A DNA stretch of 64,000 nt from Auanema rhodensis (Eukaryota > Animalia > Nematoda), in NCBI GenBank assembly GCA_964057225.1, contig OZ059896.1:12214001-12278000 (forward strand), read 5' to 3'. The position numbers and the translations under genes are program-made. Each line of letters starts with the position of its first letter. The first letter of the stretch is position 1. Shown here one piece after another: positions 14,501 to 25,200 of the stretch. The notes below the pieces were generated by a model. The model made no database searches. It saw nothing but the letters and a program-made list of their open reading frames with translations, and was not told the DNA's origin.

Positions 14501-17500
14501 TAATCATTAAAAAACATTTAAATTTCAATATTGTGATGCTCAAAAACTGAAACAGTTGAATATTTTGTATTTTCTAAACCATTTTACTTCATATCTTTCA
14601 TTTAATTTCATATTTTAAACAATTTTATATTTCTACCACGAATTCATAACTTCATTTTTTAAATTTTTAATCATTAAAAAACATTTAAATTTCAATATTG
14701 TGATGCTCAAAAACTGAAACAGTTGAATATTTTGTAATTTCTAAACCATTTTACTCCATCGCTTTTATTTAATTCCATATTTTAAACAATTTTATATTTC
14801 TACCGCTATTTCATAATTTCATTTTTTAAATTTTTAATCATTAAAAAACATTTAAATTTCAATATTTTGATGCTCAAAAACTGAAACATTTAAATATTTT
14901 GTATTTTCTAAACCATTTCACTCCATCTCTTTCATTTAATTCCATATTTTAAACAATTTTATATTTCTACCACGAATTCATAACTTCATTTTTTAAATTT
15001 TTAATCATTAAAAAACATATAAATTTCAATATTGTGATGCTCAAAAACTGAAACATTTAAATATTTTGTATTTTCTAAACCATTTTACTCCATCGCTTTT
15101 ATTTAATCTCATATTTTAAACAATTTTATATTTCTACCGCTATTTCATAATTTCATTTTTTAAATTTTTGATCATTAAAAAACATTTAAATTTCAATATT
15201 GTGATGCTCAAAAACTGAAACAGTTGAATATTTTGTATTTTCTAAACCATTTCACTCCATCTCTTCCATTTAATTCCATATTTTAAACAATTTTATATTT
15301 CTACCACGAATTCATATCTTCATTTTTTAAATTTTTAATCATTAAAAAACATTTAAATTTCAATATTGTGATGCTCAAAAACTAAAACAGTTGAATATTT
15401 TGTAATTTCTAAACCATTTTACTCCATCGCTTTTATTTAGTCCCATATTTTAAACAATTTTATATTTCTACCGCTATTTCATAATTTCATTTTTTAAATT
15501 TTTAATCATTAAAAAACATTTAAATTTCAATATTGTGATGCTCAAAAACTGAAACAGTTGAATATTTTGTATTTTCTAAACCATTTTACTTCATATCTTT
15601 CATTTAATTCCATATTTTAAACAATTTTATATTTCTACCACGAATTCATAACTTCATTTTTCAAATTTTTAATCATTAAAAAACATTTAAATTTCAATAT
15701 TGTGATGCTCAAAAACTGGAACAGTTGAATATTTTGTAATTTCTAAACCATTTTACTCCATCGCTTTTATTTAATTCCATATTTTAAACAATTTTATATT
15801 TCTACCGCTATTTCATAATTTCATTTTTTAAATTTTTAATCATTAAAAAACATTTAAATTTCAATATTGTGATGCTCAAAAACTGAAACATTTAAATATT
15901 TTGTTTTTACTAAACCATTTCACTCCATCTCTTTCATTTAATTCCATATTTTAAACAATTTTATATTTCTACCACGAATTCATAACTTCATTTTTTAAAT
16001 TTTTGATCATTAAAAAACATTTAAATTTCAATGTTGTGATGCTCAAAAACTGAAACAGTTGAATATTTTGTAATTTCTAAACCATTTTACTCCATCTCTT
16101 TCATTTAATTCCATATTTTAAACAATTTTATATTTCTACCTCGAATTCATAACTTCATTTTTCAAATTTTTAATCATTAAAAAACATTTAAATTTCAATA
16201 TTGTGATGCTCAAAAACTGAAACATTTAAATATTTTGTATTTTCTAAACCATTTCACTCCATCTCTTTCATTTAATTCCATATTTTAAACAATTTTATAT
16301 TTCTACCACGAATTCATAACTTCATTTTTTAAATTTTTGATCATTAAAAAACATTTAAATTTCAATATTGTGATGCTCAAAAACTGAAACAGTTGAATAT
16401 TTTGTAATTTCTAAACCATTTTACTCCATCGCTTTTATTTAATCCCATATTTTAAACAATTTTATATTTCTACCGCTATTTCATAATTTCATTTTTTAAA
16501 TTTTTAATCATTAAAAAACATTCAAATTTCAATATTGTGATGCTCAAAAACTGAAACAGTTGAATATTTTGTAATTTCTAAACCATTTTACTCCATCGCT
16601 TTTATTTAATTCCATATTTTAAACAATTTTATATTTCTACCGCTATTTCATAATTTCATTCTTTAAATTTTTAATCATTAAAAAACATTTAAATTTCAAT
16701 ATTGTGATGCTCAAAAACTGAAACATTTAAATATTTTGTATTTTCTAAACCATTTCACTCCATCTCTTTCATTTAATTCCATATTTTAAACAATTTTATA
16801 TTTCTACCACGAATTCATAACTTCATTTTTTAAATTTTTAATCATTAAAAAACATTTAAATTTCAATATTGTGATGCTCAAAAACTGAAACAGTTGAATA
16901 TTTTGTATTTTCTAAACCATTTTACTTCATATCTTTCATTTAATTTCATATTTTAAACAATTTTATATTTCTACCACGAATTCATAACTTCATTTTTTAA
17001 ATTTTTAATCATTAAAAAACATTTAAATTTCAATATTGTGATGCTCAAAAACTGAAACAGTTGAATATTTTGTAATTTCTAAACCATTTTACTCCATCGC
17101 TTTTATTTAATTCCATATTTTAAACAATTTTATATTTCTACCGCTATTTCATAATTTCATTTTTTAAATTTTTAATCATTAAAAAACATTTAAATTTCAA
17201 TATTTTGATGCTCAAAAACTGAAACATTTAAATATTTTGTATTTTCTAAACCATTTCACTCCATCTCTTTCATTTAATTCCATATTTTAAACAATTTTAT
17301 ATTTCTACCACGAATTCATAACTTCATTTTTTAAATTTTTAATCATTAAAAAACATATAAATTTCAATATTGTGATGCTCAAAAACTGAAACATTTAAAT
17401 ATTTTGTATTTTCTAAACCATTTTACTCCATCGCTTTTATTTAATCTCATATTTTAAACAATTTTATATTTCTACCGCTATTTCATAATTTCATTTTTTA

Positions 17501-20500
17501 AATTTTTGATCATTAAAAAACATTTAAATTTCAATATTGTGATGCTCAAAAACTGAAACAGTTGAATATTTTGTATTTTCTAAACCATTTCACTCCATCT
17601 CTTCCATTTAATTCCATATTTTAAACAATTTTATATTTCTACCACGAATTCATATCTTCATTTTTTAAATTTTTAATCATTAAAAAACATTTAAATTTCA
17701 ATATTGTGATGCTCAAAAACTAAAACAGTTGAATATTTTGTAATTTCTAAACCATTTTACTCCATCGCTTTTATTTAGTCCCATATTTCAAACAATTTTA
17801 TATTTCTACCGCTATTTCATAATTTCATTTTTTAAATTTTTAATCATTAAAAAACATTTAAATTTCAATATTGTGATGCTCAAAAACTGAAACAGTTGAA
17901 TATTTTGTATTTTCTAAACCATTTTACTTCATATCTTTCATTTAATTCCATATTTTAAACAATTTTATATTTCTACCACGAATTCATAACTTCATTTTTT
18001 AAATTTTTAATCATTAAAAAACATTTAAATTTCAATATTGTGATGCTCAAAAACTGAAACAGTTGAATATTTTGTAATTTCTAAACCATTTTACTCCATC
18101 GCTTTTATTTAATCCCATATTTTAAACAATTTTATATTTCTACCGCTATTTCATAATTTCATTTTTTAAATTTTTAATCATTAAAAAACATTCAAATTTC
18201 AATATTGTGATGCTCAAAAACTGAAACAGTTGAATATTTTGTAATTTCTAAACCATTTTACTCCATCGCTTTTATTTAATTCCATATTTTAAACAATTTT
18301 ATATTTCTACCGCTATTTCATAATTTCATTCTTTAAATTTTTAATCATTAAAAAACATTTAAATTTCAATATTGTGATGCTCAAAAACTGAAACATTTAA
18401 ATATTTTGTATTTTCTAAACCATTTCACTCCATCTCTTTCATTTAATTCCATATTTTAAACAATTTTATATTTCTACCACGAATTCATAACTTCATTTTT
18501 TAAATTTTTAATCATTAAAAAACATTTAAATTTCAATATTGTGATGCTCAAAAACTGAAACAGTTGAATATTTTGTATTTTCTAAACCATTTTACTTCAT
18601 ATCTTTCATTTAATTTCATATTTTAAACAATTTTATATTTCTACCACGAATTCATAACTTCATTTTTTAAATTTTTAATCATTAAAAAACATTTAAATTT
18701 CAATATTGTGATGCTCAAAAACTGAAACAGTTGAATATTTTGTAATTTCTAAACCATTTTACTCCATCGCTTTTATTTAATTCCATATTTTAAACAATTT
18801 TATATTTCTACCGCTATTTCATAATTTCATTTTTTAAATTTTTAATCATTAAAAAACATTTAAATTTCAATATTTTGATGCTCAAAAACTGAAACATTTA
18901 AATATTTTGTATTTTCTAAACCATTTCACTCCATCTCTTTCATTTAATTCCATATTTTAAACAATTTTATATTTCTACCACGAATTCATAACTTCATTTT
19001 TTAAATTTTTAATCATTAAAAAACATATAAATTTCAATATTGTGATGCTCAAAAACTGAAACATTTAAATATTTTGTATTTTCTAAACCATTTTACTCCA
19101 TCGCTTTTATTTAATCTCATATTTTAAACAATTTTATATTTCTACCGCTATTTCATAATTTCATTTTTTAAATTTTTGATCATTAAAAAACATTTAAATT
19201 TCAATATTGTGATGCTCAAAAACTGAAACAGTTGAATATTTTGTATTTTCTAAACCATTTCACTCCATCTCTTCCATTTAATTCCATATTTTAAACAATT
19301 TTATATTTCTACCACGAATTCATATCTTCATTTTTTAAATTTTTAATCATTAAAAAACATTTAAATTTCAATATTGTGATGCTCAAAAACTAAAACAGTT
19401 GAATATTTTGTAATTTCTAAACCATTTTACTCCATCGCTTTTATTTAGTCCCATATTTCAAACAATTTTATATTTCTACCGCTATTTCATAATTTCATTT
19501 TTTAAATTTTTAATCATTAAAAAACATTTAAATTTCAATATTGTGATGCTCAAAAACTGAAACAGTTGAATATTTTGTATTTTCTAAACCATTTTACTTC
19601 ATATCTTTCATTTAATTCCATATTTTAAACAATTTTATATTTCTACCACGAATTCATAACTTCATTTTTTAAATTTTTAATCATTAAAAAACATTTAAAT
19701 TTCAATATTGTGATGCTCAAAAACTGAAACAGTTGAATATTTTGTAATTTCTAAACCATTTTACTCCATCGCTTTTATTTAATTCCATATTTTAAACAAT
19801 TTTATATTTCTACCGCTATTTCATAATTTCATTTTTTAAATTTTTAATCATTAAAAAACATTTAAATTTCAATATTGTGATGCTCAAAAACTGAAACATT
19901 TAAATATTTTGTTTTTACTAAACCATTTCACTCCATCTCTTTCATTTAATTCCATATTTTAAACAATTTTATATTTCTACCACGAATTCATAACTTCATT
20001 TTTTAAATTTTTGATCATTAAAAAACATTTAAATTTCAATGTTGTGATGCTCAAAAACTGAAACAGTTGAATATTTTGTAATTTCTAAACCATTTTACTC
20101 CATCTCTTTCATTTAATTCCATATTTTAAACAATTTTATATTTCTACCTCGAATTCATAACTTCATTTTTCAAATTTTTAATCATTAAAAAACATTTAAA
20201 TTTCAATATTGTGATGCTCAAAAACTGAAACATTTAAATATTTTGTATTTTCTAAACCATTTCACTCCATCTCTTTCATTTAATTCCATATTTTAAACAA
20301 TTTTATATTTCTACCACGAATTCATAACTTCATTTTTTAAATTTTTGATCATTAAAAAACATTTAAATTTCAATATTGTGATGCTCAAAAACTGAAACAG
20401 TTGAATATTTTGTAAATTCTAAACCATTTTACTCCATCGCTTTTATTTAATCCCATATTTTAAACAATTTTATATTTCTACCGCTATTTCATAATTTCAT

Positions 20501-20875
20501 TTTTTAAATTTTTAATCATTAAAAAACATTCAAATTTCAATATTGTGATGCTCAAAAACTGAAACAGTTGAATATTTTGTAATTTCTAAACCATTTTACT
20601 CCATCGCTTTTATTTAATTCCATATTTTAAACAATTTTATATTTCTACCGCTATTTCATAATTTCATTCTTTAAATTTTTAATCATTAAAAAACATTTAA
20701 ATTTCAATATTGTGATGCTCAAAAACTGAAACATTTAAATATTTTGTATTTTCTAAACCATTTCACTCCATCTCTTTCATTTAATTCCATATTTTAAACA
20801 ATTTTATATTTCTACCACGAATTCATAACTTCATTTTTTAAATTTTTAATCATTAAAAAACATTTAAATTTCAAT
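5512..20875. repeat. Higher-order repeat domain, predominantly 14-mer (2,338 bp)
   Basis: Marker AAAACTAAAACAG lies in monomers starting 5679, 7516, 9854, 12192, 13027, 15365, 17703 and 19373 (spacings 11,14,14,5,14,14,10 monomers). Markers TTTTTACTA, CCTCGAA, CATTCAAA and ATTCTTT recur in a fixed order with it. Confidence 0.85.
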
Positions 20876-21682
20876 ATTGTGATGCTCAAAAACTGAAACA
20901 GTTGAATATTTTGTATTTTCCAAACCATTTTACTTCATATCTTTCATTTAATTTCATATTTTAAACAATTTTATATTTCTACCACGAATTCATAACTTCA
21001 TTTTTTAAATTTTTAATCATTAAAAAACATTTAAATTTCAATATTGTGATGCTCAAAAACTGAAACAGTTGAATATTTTGTATTTTCTAAACCATTTTAC
21101 TCCATCTATTTTATTTAATCCCACATTTTAAACAATTTTATATTTCTACCGCTGTTTCATAAATTCATTTTTTAAATTTTTAATCATTAAAAAACATATA
21201 AATTTCAATATTGTGATGCTCAAAAACTGAAACATTTAAATATTTTGTATTTTCTAAACCATTTCACTCCATCTCTTTCATTTAATTCCATATTTTAAAC
21301 AATTTTATATTTCTACCACGAATTCATAACTTCATTTTTTAAATTTTTATTCATTAAAAAACATTTAAATTTCAATATTGTGATGCTCAAAAACTGAAAC
21401 AGTTGAATATTTTGTAATTTCTAAACCATTTTACTCCATCTCTTTCATTTAATTCCATATTTTAAACAATTTTATATTTCTACCGCTGTTTCATAAATTC
21501 ATTTTTTAAATTTTTAATCATTAAAAAACATATAAATTTCAATATTGTGATGCTCAAAAACTGAAACATTTAAATTTTTTGTATTTTCTAAACCATTTCA
21601 CTCCATCTCTTTCATTTAATTCCATATTTTAAACAATTTTATATTTCTACCACGAATTCATAACTTCATTTTTTAAATTTTT

Positions 21683-21687
21683 GATCA
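21683..21687 (+). repeat. Target-site duplication GATCA, left of element 1
   Basis: Satellite TTTTT-GATCA|TGT(LTR); the same 5 bp follow the 3' LTR at 30988-30992. The empty site in the satellite is TTTTTGATCATTAAAAAA. Confidence 0.95.
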
Positions 21688-22220
21688 TGTGCTGAAGCAC
21701 TCTCATCCCGTGATAATAGTGTTCCTCCTTAGTTTAAGTTCAATTGTACTTCTTTATTGTCCTCTCTTTGTACTATCCATTATCCTCAACTATCTAATCG
21801 ATAATCCTGTAAGTTGTCACCAACGGCCGATTTGCCGATGAATCACCTATCGCCCTTTGCCATCTGATCCATTAGGCAAGATCTTAGGCGCGATAGCCGT
21901 CGCCCACTTGCAAGGGGGATGAATCACATAGGATTTAGACCCCTCCTCTCGCTTTCTACAATTAATACATTATCTATCACTTCCGGGGACCTAGTATATA
22001 AACCCGCAATAATTCTTCTAAATCATGTCTCAATATTATCCTGCCACCGCTATCATCTTCCCGTCAATTTATTTCTGTTTTACTCGTATTGTATTCGTAT
22101 CGCCGATAATAAACTCTTCTCTTGTACTCGCGTCTATTGCCTATTACTTGGACTAATATTCCACTACCACTGAACCACAAATGCCCGTTATTCGCTCTCC
22201 AACTAGAGGACAAAACGACA
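21688..22220 (+). repeat. 5' LTR of copy 1 (533 bp)
   Basis: Starts TGTGCTGAAGCAC and ends CAAAACGACA; repeated at 30455-30987 (offset 8767). Confidence 0.97.
21995..22002 (+). promoter_or_regulatory. Putative TATA box in 5' LTR (copy 2 equivalent 35113-35120)
   Basis: TATATAAA, with an initiator-like TCA 30 nt downstream (A at 22025) and AATAAA at 22108-22113, giving the expected U3-R-U5 order. Confidence 0.6.
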
Positions 22221-25200
22221 TGGTGCATCAAGCCGAGTCCAACGAAGAAACTCGCGCCGAACAATGGAACAGCAGCTGCTCATTATTACTCGCTAAGCTC
22301 AAGGACAACGACGCAAGGAGGAAATCATATGCGGTACGTCAAGTTACTAATACCTCCAACAAAACCCCAAGCATGATTGACACCCGTGAAAGGGAGATTT
22401 CAAACATCAATGGGGACATCCTCGCCATCAACAAACTGATGGACGAGATGAAACACATCCCAACCGACCTACGCCCCGAGGACCAAAGTCGGATCACGAA
22501 GAACGAAGAAACTCTGCGGAAACACATCTCTACCCTACTGTCATACAGTAACGACATACAAGAACAAGTCAACTACCTGAAGGGTCTCAACCACACTGAG
22601 AACAGCCCTGACCCAACACACACAGACAGTTCACAGCCCTCTGAGCACCACCTCATTGGAACTGCTGAACTCACACACGCCACACAACCTCGAAGCTGGG
22701 AAACATATCGATCACGGCCAACACTCAAACCTGTCGATATCCCACGCTTCGATGGCAACGTGAAAAGCTGGAAAAACTTTTGGTGCTTGTTCCACACACT
22801 CATACACTCATCGAACATGCCCACCATAGAAAAGTTTAACTACCTTCGCCAGTCATTAACAGGAGAAGCAGCTTCACAAATAGCTTCATTCCCAACGGAT
22901 GAAGACTACTACTTCAGCGCAGTACATCACCTGCAGGATCTATATGATGATAACGACAACATCACACAACATCTCATGCTGGAATTTCTCCAGATACAAG
23001 CGAGAACATCCAACCAGCATGACCTCCTCTCCATGATGGACAAGATCGCAGGCATTTTTCGCCAAACTGAAGGAAACAGGAACGCCGAACTCAACTCCCT
23101 CGCTGTAGTTATCTTACACAAGAAACTACCAGGGAACCTTCTCCAAGAGATCTACAAATCATTCCCCTCGGGAAAAACACCTGACATCAGAGACCTAGTA
23201 GACATCACAAGGCGACATATCCGATGCCAAAACAAGGTGAAAATTTTCGCAGCAGATCGGTTCGAAAAACCAATCACACGAGTCTACAACTCACCACCAG
23301 GGAACACCTACAATTCCCAACGCAACAAACCAGAAGCTAAAAAACTAGCAAAAACATCCAGTTGCATCTTCTGCCAGAAACCTCACGCCCCATGGGACTG
23401 TGACACAACAAAGTCGAGGAAGGAGCGTCTAACCATCCTCAACCAGGAAAAGAGATGCATCAACTGTCTCCGCAAAACACACAACACGGAGTCATGTCCA
23501 AGCAAACGAACATGCTCCAAATGCGGAGAAAAACACATCGACATCTTATGCGCTAATAAAAAGAAGACGACCAAAGTCAACTTAATTGAGAGCACACCCT
23601 ACAATGACGAGGAAACCGAAGAACACACGGTTCAATTTTCCTCCCAGTTCTCTACCAATCAATTCAAAAGCGCCCTTCTTCCAATAGGAGAAATCAAGAT
23701 AATGACGAATGGAAAAATTTCCACAATCCCAGCCATCTTGGACTCTGGATCGGACACATCTTTCATCGAAGAAGAACTTGCCAAAGAACTTCAACTACCC
23801 GTTATAGAATCTAAACGCGTAAAAATCAAGACTTTCGGCAACACAAAAAGCGTTGAACACCTCACAAAGGTGAAAGCAACAATCAAAGGAACAGTCTCCA
23901 ACATCACTGCACACCTTTGGACAAAAAAGACCTTGACGGGTCCCATCAAAACAGTCCGAATTCCAAAATCAGACAACTCCACCTTCAAATTAAATCAAGG
24001 AACCTACGTCAATCCACGCATACTCATAGGCTCCGATTTAATGTGGCAAGCTCTGACAGCCATTATACCAATCTCTGACGACCACATACAAGTCAAGACA
24101 CAATTTGGAGACTTCATAACAGGAAAAGCAAGCGACCAACCATCCATCAACGCCTTCTCAGTTATAACTGGAAACACCTCTATCCCGATAGACACATGGA
24201 ACAAAAACTTCATCGAGGAGCAGCAAGAATTTACGGGAACCGAACAAGAAGAAAAACAAGCACGAGACAAACTAGTATTGGAACAATTCCAATCCACCAT
24301 CCAAAAAAGAGACGATGGTTATTACGTCTCCTTCCCATGGAAAGACAACATCAATCTTCTCCCCGACAACAAATCACTTGCTCACAGACGCCTCATAAGT
24401 CTAGTCGTAAAATTATCTCAACAACCAGATTCACTAGCAGCATACGACAAAATCATTCAAGAACAACTAGACAATGGAATAATCGAACCAGCAGAAGAAC
24501 CATACCCTGACGCTCAAACGATACACTACATTGCTCATCAAGCAGTTCTGACCCCACAAAAGGAAACAACCAAACTAAGGATAGTATACGACGCTTCCGG
24601 ACACTACCAGAACAGACCCAGTCTGAACGACGTCATCCATCAAGGACCACTAATCCTACCATCACTAGTAGGAATGATTTTACGCTTCCGCTGCGGGAAA
24701 ATGGCACTGATAGCAGACGTAAAGAAAGCATTTCTTCAAATAAGACTCCACGAGTCAGAACGTGACGCTACAAGATTCTTTTGGCTGAGAGATATCTCCA
24801 AACCAATGAGCACCGAAAATACAAGAACCCTACGCTTCTGTAGAGTTCCCTTTGGAATCAATGCCTCGCCATTTCTCCTCGCAGCCACAATTCGTCATCA
24901 TCTGGAACAAAGAAGCAACGAAAACTTCCTAGCCCACCAAATTAAAGAGAACCTTTACGTGGACAACCTATTACTTGCCACAAACTCAGAAGAAGACCTC
25001 AAACTGGGATACCAAGAAACAAAGGACATATTCGCAGAAATGAACATGACACTACAAGAATTCATAACGAACAGTCCGGACTTCAACAAAAACCTACTAC
25101 TAGAGGAGAAAAACACCTCATCAAAACCAAAAGTTCTTGGATTACCATGGGACACAGAAACGGACCAATGGATCATCCAAACCAAGCTTCCAGAAACAAA

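Larger units (their letters stand above)
1..21687. repeat. AT-rich tandem satellite, 167-bp monomer, left arm (~130 monomers)
   Basis: ATTGTGATGCTCAAAAACTG recurs at 1, 168, 1671, 10021, 20041 and 21544, i.e. exactly 1+167k, so there is no net indel in 21.5 kb. The first monomer has 33/167 G+C (~20%). Confidence 0.99.

Noticed and set aside
1-21687. CRISPR-like array
   Set aside because: Units are contiguous near-identical 167-bp monomers with no unique spacers and no cas genes; the context is eukaryotic.
21919-22173. 84-aa ORF present four times (also 30686, 35037, 43804)
   Set aside because: It recurs only because it lies in the LTR. It starts upstream of the putative TATA box, spans the poly(A) signal and has no recognisable motif.
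21688-22240. Element-encoded tRNA or Tf1-like self-priming
   Set aside because: I found no complement of the PBS in the LTR and no cloverleaf; a tRNAscan-SE run would settle it.
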